64,000 bases of DNA from Eledone cirrhosa (Eukaryota), in NCBI GenBank assembly GCA_964016885.1, contig OZ024747.1, positions 77,314,001 through 77,378,000 of the forward strand, read 5' to 3'. The stretch's first letter is position 1; each line of letters starts with the position of its first letter. This document shows positions 40,222 through 53,419 of the stretch, in pieces. The notes beneath the pieces are model-generated. The model saw nothing but the letters and a program-made list of their open reading frames with translations, did no database searches and was not told the DNA's origin. The position numbers were made by a program, and so were the translations under genes.

Positions 40222-40287
40222 TATTTCATTATATATATTTCGGGGATATCATATTAACAATATGTTATGCCTTCATCAGACAAAATA
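40222..40287 (-). ncRNA. Type I hammerhead ribozyme
   Basis: Reverse complement of 42182-42247. Confidence 0.75.
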
Positions 40288-40648
40288 CAATATAAACAGT
40301 TTTATAGATAAATATATTCGACATACCGTAATAAACATCAACTTCATTTGAAGAGGTTTACTCTAGCAGTGAAAATACAGAGAGAAAGAAAGAGAGAAAG
40401 AAAAGAGGGAAAAAAAGAAAGAAAGAAAGACAAAACGAAGAAGAGGAAGAAAAAGAAGAAAAAGAAAAAGAAGAAATGCATGGGACAAAATAGAGAGATG
40501 GAAAAATAGATAAAGCGAAGAGCTTCATGTAAAGAGACAGAAAGAGATATATATATAGAGAGAGAGAGGAAATAGAGATAGATACATATATATATATAGA
40601 AAATTAGGTAGTGGGAGGTCATTTTGAGTAAGTGTATCAATGATACAT

Positions 40649-40679
<31 letters not shown>

Positions 40680-40845
40680 GCTCAAGTATTAATGTAAGGG
40701 AGATATATAGAGAGATATAGAGAGATATATAGATATTTTTGCGATATTCTTTGCTAGATGTGATTTGATAGATAATTTTTGGCTTTGTCTTGTAATGAAC
40801 TTGGCAATATATTGTCAATTAACTTTGAAGGGTTGTTCTTTGTGG

Positions 40846-41126
40846 TTTATTTTTATTTTATTTTTATTTTTATTTTTATTTTTATTTTTATTTTTATTTT
40901 TATTTTTATTTTTATTTTTATTTTTATTTTTATTTTTATTTTTATTTTTATTTTTATTTTTATTTTTATTTTTATTTTTATTTTTATTTTTATTTTTATT
41001 TTTATTTTTATTTTTATTTTTATTTTTATTTTTATTTTTATTTTTATTTTTATTTTTATTTTTATTTTTATTTTTATTTTTATTTTTATTTTTATTTTTA
41101 TTTTTATTTTTATTTTTATTTTTATT
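40846..41126. repeat. (TTTTTA)n hexanucleotide repeat
   Basis: Perfect run. Confidence 0.97.
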
Positions 41127-41786
41127 CTTTTAGTATTGTAGTATTCTATAATATTTTTATTTTTTATTTTATTTTTTTATTTTATTTTTAATATTTTTAT
41201 ATGTAAATTTTTAATACGTAATATTTTTTAATACGTAGTATTTTAATATGCAATATTTTTATTATGTAATATTCTTTCGTAATATATTTTTTTTTTAGTT
41301 TTCTATTCTATATTTTTATATATTTTTACTTATTATTATTATTATTGTTATCTTTGTTTATAATATAATATATATTTTCGATTAGTATATTGAAATCTGC
41401 TCTCTATTTCTGCTTGATAGATAATCTTGTAGAGTAATCGCAAGAATAATAATACGCTCAAATTTTTATACCACACTGAGAATGTTTTCCGGTAACTAAA
41501 AGTTTGCAGAGTGAATCAGTTGGATTCACATTGATGTTTGTAGCTGTCACATAAACATATGAATTTTTTAAAACTAAACATAAGATAATGAATTTTCACA
41601 CATTGTGAATACTTGTTTCATTCAGGAATACTGATATTTACAATATAGTGTAAGTTTTATAAATACTAATACATTAAAACATAGGGTTTTCTACGCCTCG
41701 AATATGTCTGGCTATTTTTAAATTTTTTTCTATATATATATCTCTCTATATCTCTCTATATATCTCCCTTACATTAATACTTGAGC

Positions 41787-41821
<35 letters not shown>

Positions 41822-42181
41822 ATGTATCATTGATACACTTACTCAAAATGACCTCCCACTACCTAATTTTCTATATATATATATGTATCTATCTCTATTT
41901 CCTCTCTCTCTATATATATATATCTCTTTCTGTCTCTTTACATGAAGCTCTTCGCTTTATCTATTTTTCCATCTCTCTATTTTGTCCCATGCATTTCTTC
42001 TTTTTCTTTTTCTTCTTTTTCTTCCTCTTCTTCGTTTTGTCTTTCTTTCTTTCTTTTTTCCCTCTTTTCTTTCTCTCTTTCTTTCTCTCTGTATTTTCAC
42101 TGCTAGAGTAAACCTCTTCAAATGAAGTTGATGTTTATTACGGTATGTCGAATATATTTATCTATAAAACTGTTTATATTG

Positions 42182-42247
42182 TATTTTGTCTGATGAAGGC
42201 ATAACATATTGTTAATATGATATCCCCGAAATATATATAATGAAATA
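42182..42247 (+). ncRNA. Type I hammerhead ribozyme
   Basis: TATTTTGT-CTGATGA-[ggcataacatatt/aatatgatatcc]-GAAA-TATATA-TA-ATGAAATA. Confidence 0.8.
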
Positions 42248-42285
42248 AATATGGTTTTATAAATATAGTTTTCCATTTATTTAAT

Positions 42286-42333
<48 letters not shown>

Positions 42334-42381
42334 ACATCACCATCGTTTAATTTCCGCTTTCCCTGCTAGCAAGTGTTGGAG

Positions 42382-42435
<54 letters not shown>

Positions 42436-42876
42436 TGGTGGCTGCGAACTCGTTTTCGAGTACAGCCACTACTTTATATCCATGTAGGAGAACCCCTACC
42501 GATGCGCTGAAAGAGTGTGACTTTTTAGTCCAGCTAGCGACTTGAAAACTCTGGTACAAACACTACACTTGTGACAATTATTGACACATAGTGCTGGGCC
42601 CATGGTACCATGTGACGACAGGTGGAGAGAGATCTCCAGATATAAAGCAATGCCTGTGCCGTGAAGCTTTTATAGTGAGCAAAGGCACTGCACAAAGCCA
42701 GTCCCACTCTCTTAACCAAGATAATATTTACCAAAAAGAAGTCAACATCATTGGATACCATCAGGGTTGCAGGTGTTATATCAGAGTTTTCCTTCTCCTA
42801 GAATTCTGCCTTGACAAAGGCTAAGGGGTCGTCTCTCCCGGTGATTTTGGATGGCCATTGACTCTTAAGAGCTCCT

Positions 42877-43468
42877 TCACTGATGAAGGACTATTTTTAT
42901 CATATGTAACCCATGTGCAACCACGCAGTATTCATTCTTCTCATGTTTTTTTATATATATTTTCCCCAGCTGCGTTTGTCTGTTTCTCTCTTACTGCTTC
43001 TCCCCTCTCTCTGTTTCTCTCACCTTCTTTCGCCCCCATTCTGTCAGTTACACTTTCTCTCGACTGGCATCTTCCTCGTACTTCCATTCACTCACTCTCT
43101 GCTTCTCCCCTTCTCACTTCCTCCCATTTGGCCTGAAGTGGGGTCCTTTTTTGCTCACACCTCACTCGCGTCAGACGGTCTGTTGCCTCTCGCTCATGAA
43201 ATCCACACAGCTTAAGCTGATCGGACTCCCATGTGCTTGTTTTTTCCTATCCTTCTATGTTTGTGTACTTGTCTCGCTCGCTTTACGCGTTTTACTTGTC
43301 CCAATAGCTTTATTTAGCTATTGCCCGCACCAACTGGAGGTATATGATTTTTAAAGCGATGAAATACCAATGAAGGTTGGAAAATCACTGATGAAGGACT
43401 ATTTTTATCATATGTAACCCATGTGCAACCACGCAGTATTCATTCTTCTCATGTTTTTTATATATATA
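42877..43468 (+). mobile_element. Non-coding element with about 80-bp terminal direct repeats (508-bp period)
   Basis: TCACTGATGAAGGACTATTTTTATCATATGTAACCCATGTGCAACCACGCAGTATTCATTC at 42877 and 43385. Confidence 0.7.
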
Positions 43469-43513
43469 TATATATATATTTATACCAGTGATCTTCGTTA
43501 CTTTTATTATATA

Positions 43514-43818
43514 CTAGACCACCCGTGACCCATTGGGTCATGTTCACTTCAAAATATTTTTTAAAACTCATGTTCACTTAAAAATAATTTTTAAATAATT
43601 AAAATATATACAGACCTGTATATAATGTGAAATGAAACTGGAAGGTCCATATATATACGTGTGTGTATGTATATATATAAATGTGTGTGTGTGTGTACAT
43701 ATATATATGTATGTGTGTATGTATATATATATATATATGTGGTTGTCTGTGATCTATGTATACTGGTCATAGACACACACATGTACACACACATATACAC
43801 ACACACACACACACACTC

Positions 43819-43853
<35 letters not shown>

Positions 43854-43977
43854 ACAACAATACCACCAGCTCTCTCTCTCTCTCTCTCTTCCATTCTCCT
43901 TCTCTGTCTCCTCCCCCTCTCTCTATGTCTCTCTTTCATTCTACTCTCTCACAACCACTGCCTCTTTCTCTCTATCC

Positions 43978-44014
<37 letters not shown>

Positions 44015-44235
44015 TCTCTCTGTTTATGAAGGTACCCAGAAAACCTCACATCTCGGGAACCGGTGCTTCGATTTAGGCGAAACTTATTTTATTCCATTTG
44101 TATCCCCATTTCAGGGTCAACTTCCTTTCAAAGTATTTTCCCATTATGCGCCCTTTTGGCTGTATTACATTACAGACAGACAGACAGGCAAGCAATCACA
44201 GACTTTTAGTAATATATATATATATATATATATAT
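43514..44235 (-). mobile_element. Non-autonomous Helitron-like element, copy 2 (inverted relative to copy 1)
   Basis: Reverse complement of 36915-37815 apart from microsatellite lengths and an internal indel. Confidence 0.7.
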
Positions 44236-44443
44236 ATCTTAAACGTCAACAGAAGAGAACAATACAACAGTTTAAAGACTGCAGAAGAGATAGGCAGTAC
44301 CAGATTTAGAAATGTCCAAGAAGTGCCGTATTTCAATACGGCACCCCTACGACTCCATTGATAGATTAATGCCTTGGGCAATATATCAACAAATTTTCTT
44401 TGCCTGACTACCTGCTCATATAATGAATTTATATATATTTCAG

Positions 44444-44515
44444 ACTATTCAACCCTAGCTTCCATACATATGTCGAACCTGGCTCCTTCAGAAATCTTCA
44501 AAAATTAAGACAATT
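44444..44515 (+). CDS. LRR gene exon 3 (72 bp)
   Basis: tttcag|...|gtaagt, phase 2-2; (L)LFNPSFHTYVEPGSFRNLQKLRQ(L). Confidence 0.88.
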
Positions 44516-44648
44516 GTAAGTATCTTATAATTATAGTTCCCGTCGCAATCTATTCCGATAATCTAAACTTTCGAGATATTACATATATATATGTATGAGT
44601 ATATATATATGTATATATATGTGTGTGTATACATATACATATATATAT

Positions 44649-44748
<100 letters not shown>

Positions 44749-44976
44749 ATGAATATATATATATATATATATATATACAGATGTGAGAAAAACCACAGAC
44801 CCTCCATCTCAACTCTACTTTTGAAAAGCAGAACTGCGAAACCGGTAAAGGAACCAAATAAATATATATATATTTTTTAAAATAAGACTCCAGTTGCATT
44901 TTCATCTTTTTTTCTTTATACTTTCACTCGTGTAGGACACCTCGGTTAATTTTCATTTTGTAAAAAAAACCTCACC

Positions 44977-45010
<34 letters not shown>

Positions 45011-45050
45011 CGTATGTATGTATATATATATACTGTATATATATATATCT

Positions 45051-45121
<71 letters not shown>

Positions 45122-45126
<5 letters not shown>

Positions 45127-45250
45127 ATATTAAATAAATGGAAACTATATTTATAAAAGCATATTTATTCTATTATATATATTTATAAATATATATAATA
45201 GAATAAATATGCTTTTATAAATATAGTTTCCATTTATTTAATATCATTGA
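45122..45250. repeat. Fold-back of a PLE pLTR 3' end
   Basis: Palindrome centred on TTTATAAA at about 45185; same family as 40178 and 61205. Confidence 0.75.
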
Positions 45251-45341
45251 ATATTATACTCCAGAAAAACTGTCGAGTGCTCTGAATCTGTTATAAACAT
45301 TTATATTTGTTGAATTACCAACAAATTGAATATCCCTTATG

Positions 45342-45387
<46 letters not shown>

Positions 45388-45426
45388 TAAATCTACCAAA
45401 AGTTTACGGTAGTGTCCAATCCGGAT

Positions 45427-45570
45427 ATCATTATTTCTGAAGACAGCATATATATGTGAAGGTATGTATATTCCCTCTGATAGTTTGTATACATATTGTA
45501 CATAGATCTATAGAATATGCATACCAATTCTAACACATATATATCCTAGAAACGATCGTAAAATAATGAT
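45427..45570 (+). ncRNA. Type I hammerhead ribozyme with long stem II, between (TA)n tracts
   Basis: ATCATTATTT-CTGAAGA-[atatatatgtg..ggtatgtatattc / gaatatgcatacc..cacatatatat]-GAAA-CGATCG-TA-AAATAATGAT; 10-bp stem I. Confidence 0.8.
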
Positions 45571-45700
45571 TTTTTTTTTTTGTTTAATATAAGGAACTGT
45601 TTCTTTGTTTATTCATTATTTTTTTAATAATTTATATATATATATATATATATTATAAAGTGAAATGACAGGAGGTCAAATATGTTGAATTTCCTTTTCT

Positions 45701-45770
45701 GCAAAATGCTATGCACATTTCAGTGGCCAGGTTGCGTAAGAACCCGGTGACCTCATCAGGTGTAAATTGC
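45701..45770 (-). ncRNA. Degenerate hammerhead motif
   Basis: CTGATGA-ggtcaccgggtt..aacctggccact-GAAA-TGTGCA-TA; stem I poorly paired. Confidence 0.45.
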
Positions 45771-45947
45771 GTAATAGATGTATACCAACGGAATGATGGT
45801 AAGCAAAAAAAAAGAGGGAGGAAAAAGTTTGTGTTTATATTTTTTACCCAGAGACGGACGAAATAGCATGCTGCCACCTTGCTTCCCCGTCTCTCTCTCT
45901 ATATATATATATGTGTGTATGTCTGTCTGTATATGTATATATGTCTG

Positions 45948-45997
<50 letters not shown>

Positions 45998-45999
45998 TA

Positions 46000-46385
46000 T
46001 GTACACGTACATACATATATGTATACAGACGTACAGTAGTATGTATATATATATACATACATGCACACATATATATATGTACGTATGGATTCACGGCACA
46101 TTTATTATAATGCTCGGTGTGTTTGTAAACAAACATCCCGTATTAAGCCGTAGTATCTAGCAACCATCGTTGCTCGTTTGTTCAACACAGACAAAGGAAC
46201 GCTGTACTAGTTTCAAGCTTATTAGCTATCGTCAGCAACGTATACCTTCCTGCCAGATTGTTGAACGTATATACTTACCTTATGCATATTGACGGCTGAG
46301 TAGCCCAATTTGCATCGGTGAATCCATACGTACATATATATATGTGTGCATGTTTGTATATAAATATACATACTACTGTATATAT
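46000..46385. repeat. Fold-back copy of repeat family X
   Basis: Arms about 46031-46096 and 46318-46382; body homologous to 59070-59455. Confidence 0.75.
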
Positions 46386-46531
46386 ATATACATACTACAT
46401 ATTTTTAAATTATGTTAAATACTCCCAAGATTCCATCATGCCGATGGAAATAAGCATGCACATAAAAAAAGCCTACCCAATTATATATTTTATTCTTCTA
46501 AATATTGTATATTTCAATGTTTCTTCTTTAG

Positions 46532-46588
46532 GTCTATCAACGGAGCAAACATAGAATCGATTGAAAAGCTGTCTTCCTTGGAGAACTT
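46532..46588 (+). CDS. LRR gene exon 4 (57 bp, short LRR)
   Basis: ttcttctttag|...|gtaagt, phase 2-2; (L)SINGANIESIEKLSSLEN(L). Confidence 0.82.
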
Positions 46589-46777
46589 GTAAGTAAATTA
46601 CTATATACAGGTGGAATTCTGCTATAACGGAATTTCACTGTAATTGATTTCTAATGGATTTCAGTGTTTAAAAATGGTTTAATGGTTTTCAAGACTTAGG
46701 CTTCGTGTATGAAATGTGTAGTATGCTATGATTGTGAAAAAAATATACATACTACTTTATCTCGTCCATTATATTAG

Positions 46778-49700
46778 CTTCTTCTTCTTCTTCTTCTTCT
46801 TCTTCTTCTTCTTCTTCTTCTTCTTCTTCTTCGTCAACTTATTCCTGAGAGGGTCGTGGGGTCAGAATCCTCAAACACTCCGTCCAGTGGGTCCTGTCAG
46901 AAGCAACCATCTCCAACTGATCCGACTGGATCCCCAAGTAAGACCAGCCAAGCTCATGGATGTCATCCAACCATCTTGCTCGGGGTCTACACTTGGGTCT
47001 CCTGTCAGTTAGTTTTGCCCATAAAATCTGTCCAGCGATTCTTTCCTGAGACATTCTAACGACATGTCAATAGTATCAGAGCTGTGATCTCTCAATTCGG
47101 AGAAGTAGCGTCTCTACCTGGAGTGACTCTCTGATCTACGAGCTACACATTCTTTCCTGAGACATTCTAACCACATGTCAATAGTATCAGAGCTGTGATC
47201 TCTCAATTCGGAGAAGTAGCGTCTCTACCTGGAGTGACTCTCTGATCTCTGAGCTACACATTCTTTCCTGAGACATTCTAACCACATGTCAATAGTATCA
47301 GAGCTGTGATCTCTCAATTCGGAGAAGTAGCGTCTCTACCTGGAGTGACTCTCTGATCTACGAGCTACACATTCTTTCCTGAGACATTCTAACCACATGT
47401 CAATAGTATCAGAGCTGTGATCTCTCAATTCGGAGAAGTAGCGTCTCTACCTGGAGTGACTCTCTGATCTCTGAGCTACACATTCTTTCCTGAGACATTC
47501 TAACGACATGTCAATAGTATCAGAGCTGTGATCTCTCAATTCGGAGAAGTAGCGTCTCTACCTGGAGTGACTCTCTGATCTACGAGCTACACATTCTTTC
47601 CTGAGACATTCTAACCACATGTCAATAGTATCAGAGCTGTGATCTCTCAATTCGGAGAAGTAGCGTCTCTACCTGGAGTGACTCTCTGATCTCTGAGCTA
47701 CACATTCTTTCCTGAGACATTCTAACGACATGTCAATAGTATCAGAGCTGTGATCTCTCAATTCGGAGAAGTAGCGTCTCTATCTGGAGTGACTCTCTGA
47801 TCTACGAGCTACACATTCTTTCCTGAGACATTCTAACCACATGTCAATAGTATCAGAGCTGTGATCTCTCAATTCGGAGAAGTAGCGTCTCTACCTGGAG
47901 TGACTCTCTGATCTCTGAGCTACACATTCTTTCCTGAGACATTCTAACCACATGTCAATAGTATCAGAGCTGTGATCTCTCAATTCAGAGAAGCAGCAGA
48001 TCTACCTGGAGTGACTCTCTGATCTCTGAGCTACACATTCTTTCCTGAGACATTCTAACCACATGTCAATAGTATCAGAGCTGTGATCTCTCAATTCGGA
48101 GAAGTAGCGTCTCTACCTGGAGTGACTCTCTGATCTCTGAGCTACACATTCTTTCCTGAGACATTCTAACCACATGTCAATAGTATCAGAGCTGTGATCT
48201 CTCAATTCGGAGAAGTAGCGTCTCTACCTGGAGTGACTCTCTGATCTCTGAGCTACACATTCTTTGCTGAGACATTCTAACGACATGTCAATAGTATCAG
48301 AGCTGTGATCTCTCAATTCGGAGAAGTAGCGTCTCTACCTGGAGTGACTCTCTGATCTCTGAGCTACACATTCTTTCCTGAGACATTCTAACCACATGTC
48401 AATAGTATCAGAGCTGTGATCTCTCAATTCGGAGAAGTAGCGTCTCTACCTGGAGTGACTCTCTGATCTCTGAGCTACACATTCTTTCCTGAGACATTCT
48501 AACCACATGTCAATAGTATCAGAGCTGTGATCTCTCAATTCAGAGAAGCAGCAGATCTACCTGGAGTGACTCTCTGATCTCTGAGCTACACATTCTTTCC
48601 TGAGACATTCTAACCACATGTCAATAGTATCAGAGCTGTGATCTCTCAATTCGGAGAAGTAGCGTCTCTACCTGGAGTGACTCTCTGATCTCTGAGCTAC
48701 ACATTCTTTCCTGAGACATTCTAACCACATGTCAATAGTATCAGAGCTGTGATCTCTCAATTCGGAGAAGTAGCGTCTCTACCTGGAGTGACTCTCTGAT
48801 CTCTGAGCTACACATTCTTTGCTGAGACATTCTAACCACATGTCAATAGTATCAGAGCTGTGATCTCTCAATTCGGAGAAGTAGCGTCTCTACCTGGAGT
48901 GACTCTCTGATCTCTGAGCTACACATTCTTTCCTGAGACATTCTAACCACATGTCAATAGTATCAGAGCTGTGATCTCTCAATTCGGAGAAGTAGCGTCT
49001 CTACCTGGAGTGACTCTCTGATCTCTGAGCTACACATTCTTTCCTGAGACATTCTAACCACATGTCAATAGTATCAGAGCTGTGATCTCTCAATTCGGAG
49101 AAGTAGCGTCTCTACCTGGAGTGACTCTCTGATCTCTGAGCTACACATTCTTTCCTGAGACATTCTAACCACATGTCAATAGTATCAGAGCTGTGATCTC
49201 TCAATTCAGAGAAGCAGCAGATCTACCTGGAGTGACTCTCTGATCTCTGAGCTACACATTCTTTCCTGAGACATTCTAACCACATGTCAATAGTATCAGA
49301 GCTGTGATCTCTCAATTCGGAGAAGTAGCGTCTCTACCTGGAGTGACTCTCTGATCTCTGAGCTACACATTCTTTCCTGAGACATTCTAACCACATGTCA
49401 ATAGTATCAGAGCTGTGATCTCTCAATTCGGAGAAGTAGCGTCTCTACCTGGAGTGACTCTCTGATCTCTGAGCTACACATTCTTTGCTGAGACATTCTA
49501 ACCACATGTCAATAGTATCAGAGCTGTGATCTCTCAATTCGGAGAAGTAGCGTCTCTACCTGGAGTGACTCTCTGATCTCTGAGCTACACATTCTTTCCT
49601 GAGACATTCTAACCACATGTCAATAGTATCAGAGCTGTGATCTCTCAATTCGGAGAAGTAGCGTCTCTACCTGGAGTGACTCTCTGATCTCTGAGCTACA

Positions 49701-51050
49701 CATTCTTTCCTGAGACATTCTAACCACATGTCAATAGTATCAGAGCTGTGATCTCTCAATTCGGAGAAGTAGCGTCTCTACCTGGAGTGACTCTCTGATC
49801 TCTGAGCTACACATTCTTTCCTGAGACATTCTAACCACATGTCAATAGTATCAGAGCTGTGATCTCTCAATTCGGAGAAGTAGCGTCTCTACCTGGAGTG
49901 ACTCTCTGATCTCTGAGCTACACATTCTTTCCTGAGACATTCTAACCACATGTCCATAGTATCGGAGCCGTGATCTCTCAATTCGGAGAAGCAGCAGATC
50001 TACCTGGAGTAACTCTCTGATCTCTGAGCTACACATTCTTTCCTGAGACATTCTAACCACATGTCAATAGTATCGGAACCATAATCTCTCAATTCAGAGA
50101 AGCAGCAGATCTACCTGGAGTAACTCTCTGATCTCTGAGCTACACATTCTTTCCTGAGACATTCTAACCACATGTCAATAGTATCGGAACCATAATCTCT
50201 CAATTCAGAGAAGCAGCAGATCTACCTGGAGTAACTCTCTGATCTCTGAGCTACAGATTCTTTCCTGAGACATTCTAACCACATGTCAATAGTATCAGAG
50301 CTGTGATCTCTCAATTCGGAGAAGTAGCGTCTCTACCTGGAGTGACTCTCTGATCTCTGAGCTACACATTCTTTGCTGAGACATTCTAACCACATGTCCA
50401 TAGTATCGGAGCCGTGATCTCTCAATTCGGAGAAGCAGCAGATCTACCTGGAGTAACTCTCTGATCTCTGAGCTACACATTCTTTCCTGAGACATTCTAA
50501 CCACATGTCAATAGTATCAGAGCTGTGATCTCTCAATTCGGAGAAGTAGCGTCTCTACCTGCAGTGACTCTCTGATCTCTGAGCTACACATTCTTTGCTG
50601 AGACATTCTAACCACATGTCAATAGTATCAGAGCTGTGATCTCTCAATTCGGAGAAGTAGCGTCTCTACCTGGAGTGATTCTCTGATCTCTGAGCTACAC
50701 ATTCTTTCCTGAGACATTCTAACCACATGTCAATAGTATCAGAGCTGTGATCTCTCAATTCGGAGAAGTAGCGTCTCTACCTGGAGTGACTCTCTGATCT
50801 CTGAGCTACACATTCTTTCCTGAGACATTCTAACCACATGTCCATAGTATCGGAACCATAATCTCTCAATTCGGAGAAGTAGCGTCTCTACCTGGAGTAA
50901 CTCCGAGATATGCGCTCCAAAGACCCTTCGGGAAACCCATTTCAGCCGCCTGTATTCGCGATCATATTCTTGTATTTGCAATTGTATTCCAAGGTAAAGG
51001 TTGGCAAGAATACCGAATAGAAGATAGCGAGTTTGGCTTTTACACCCTTC
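46778..51050 (-). mobile_element. RTE-clade LINE 3' fragment with (GAA)n tail, internally expanded
   Basis: RIERLWFRYYGHVVRM..RRPKCRPRARWLDDI..ASDRTHW, typical of the RTE ORF C-terminus; (CTT)n at 46778-46832. Confidence 0.85.
47039..50905. repeat. 111-bp tandem satellite, about 35 copies, derived from the RTE ORF
   Basis: Unit TTCTTTCCTGAGACATTCTAACCACATGTCAATAGTATCAGAGCTGTGATCTCTCAATTCGGAGAAGTAGCGTCTCTACCTGGAGTGACTCTCTGATCTCTGAGCTACACA. Confidence 0.97.
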
Positions 51051-52430
51051 TTCTGATTACTGAATGCTGAAGCAGACATTTTATTATAACTATTACATAA
51101 TAACAGCATCAATTTTTTATGTTTCTAATAGGTTAATCATTAATTCGCTATATTTCTGTCGTCAAGAAATGGAAGAGATTGTGTTAAGTGGCAGAAGAAA
51201 CGGCACTGAATATTTCTATTTGAAAGCACTGGCTTTTTTTTTTCAGTGGTTATTGAAGAATTGTATTATTACCATGGGAACTTATTTTAGTTATGTTCAG
51301 TATAAAGACATTAGAAGTAATAAATCACTTGACCAAAATAAATTATATTCAGATGCACATACATATATTTGTGTACTGTTATTCACCAGTGGTGAAGGGT
51401 GACTTGGTCCATGATGCAGTCCAATCGCTATGGCGAAGAGTAGGGCTGTGGAGCCTTACTCACAACCCTCTTCCCTCCGAAATGTATTTGTCGTCGTGCC
51501 TCCCTGCATTTATAAATGAGATATGAGCTAATTATGATGTGAGAAAATGCACTTCTATCAACAGACCACACTTCGGACTTGGTACCCGTCTCCAGTGGAT
51601 TTGACCCTCCCCCCACACCTATTAGTGACACTCTGGTAACTGGTGTGCTATGAAGACCCTTATTGGTTACAAGAGAAATCTGAGAAAGTAAAACCTACAA
51701 ATAATGAGATGTTTAAAATCCATTTGTAAATCAGTTCAATTCTTCGTTTCTTTTTGGCAAAGTCATTGATCACTTTGCTATAAAATGTATCAGTACCGCA
51801 CTCTACCTTCATCTTCTTCAAAGGGTCTTTATTCAGGAAACTAAGCTAATTGACTCTTTCGCCATCACGTGGATGAATGAAAACATGAAAAATGTTACAG
51901 GGATATATTTTTTTAAATGCTATACACACTCTCAATGGGCATGCCTCTGGCACTCCCTATGCTAGGCAACGCACCCTCTCAGACAGATATCACTACACAG
52001 ATAATAGCTCTTAAATCAAATCAAACAAACACCACACTCACAGAAATTCTGACAACATGATGTTTATCTCTTTTCTTGTCATTTTTTAATACATGAGTCT
52101 GGTTCTGACCTGTGCTTTTCCAAAATGACTAACTACACAAATATATCCCCCATTTTCTTTTTGTTTTTTTTTTTCATATACTCCTATAAATTTCTACTTT
52201 TTTCTTTTCTCTCTTTCTTTCTCTCATTCTATTTTTTGATGCAGGACTAACGACCAAAACATTAAGACTCTTTTCCTACTATATCGAGCATTAAACTAAT
52301 ATAGATCATTATTGTATCACATTGTTCTCCAGTGTTATTTCCAAGTTAACTTTTCTTGTAAATACATTTATCTTGGATACTCTAACTTACACAATATTTA
52401 TCTGTTACCCTCTTTCTTTCTTACTTTCAG

Positions 52431-52499
52431 AAATATTTCTTCCTACGTTTTCCGTCACTTTCGAGATGATATCTTATTCTTACCTAACATATCAAACAT
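52431..52499 (+). CDS. LRR gene exon 5 (69 bp)
   Basis: ctttcttactttcag|...|gtatgt, phase 2-2; (L)NISSYVFRHFRDDILFLPNISN(I). Confidence 0.72.
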
Positions 52500-53419
52500 G
52501 TATGTATAGCAACACACTTTTTTTCTCTTTATTTCTATGTGAAAATGAAAACTCGTTCTTTAAGAAAAGAAAATTCATAGGAAGTGCTCTTGTTGCATGA
52601 ACAAGAAATATAATTAAGTTGGTAATTTTCATATTCAAACATTAATTATATAGACAGAGCTTCGCTTCATAAAAGTATCTTGAAGAAGTACATAATGTAG
52701 TTTTACAATTTAAAATTACTCAGATATTTTAGCATTTGAAAAAAGACACATTGAAACAAAAATTCACTATTGATGGAATTAAAACAATAGAATCCTACAA
52801 GAATATGCACTGTATTTAATGCAAAATGTAAAATCAGAGCTAATTAGTTTAATCAAATACGCATAAAAGTCATTCAAAATAGTAAAAAAAAAAAAGCAAA
52901 CGAAAAGCCCTTGACTTCTGATGGAATCTTAGGGGCACCATCCTGCTATGTTTTGGACATTTGAAACCTGGCAGAATCCATTCTGTCCCAGATTAGAACA
53001 CAGAAAATTTCTTCTAGAACAGGATAGAGAGTGATAGAAGAATTGACCCCAGTACTTATGAAAGACAAAATTGACCTCAACAAGATTTGAAATCAAAGAG
53101 CAATGCCAACTAGAACAAATACTAAGACATTTAATCCAACACTCCTAACAACTCTGCCAATTTGCCACCTTCGTAACAGAAAACAAATTTAAAATTTAAT
53201 ACTTCTGATCCTACACCTTACGTAAAACCAGTGTTGATTACTGTAACAATATCTCCCTAAGGGATAGCAAAAGAAAAAGAAAAATTGAACTCAGAATAGC
53301 ACCAAGCTCTTCTGAGTTCAATTCCTACCAATTGTTTTATTTCATCTATCTGCAAACAACATACAATATTTAGTAGTAATATATCTAAAGTCTGTCTTAA
53401 GCCAGAAGGCTTGAGACAG

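Larger units (their letters stand above)
40178..42291. mobile_element. PLE-derived element: about 555-bp inverted pLTRs around an AT-rich spacer
   Basis: Arms 40178-40731 and 41735-42291 near-identical; same pLTR family as 45122 and 61205. Confidence 0.85.

Noticed and set aside
47039-50905. CRISPR-like array
   Set aside because: Head-to-tail units without unique spacers, eukaryotic context, and clear RTE origin.
51293-52310. Extra LRR exons at about 51301 and 52245
   Set aside because: Acceptor-like sites, but the phase-compatible frames hit stops and lack donors or the LRR pattern.
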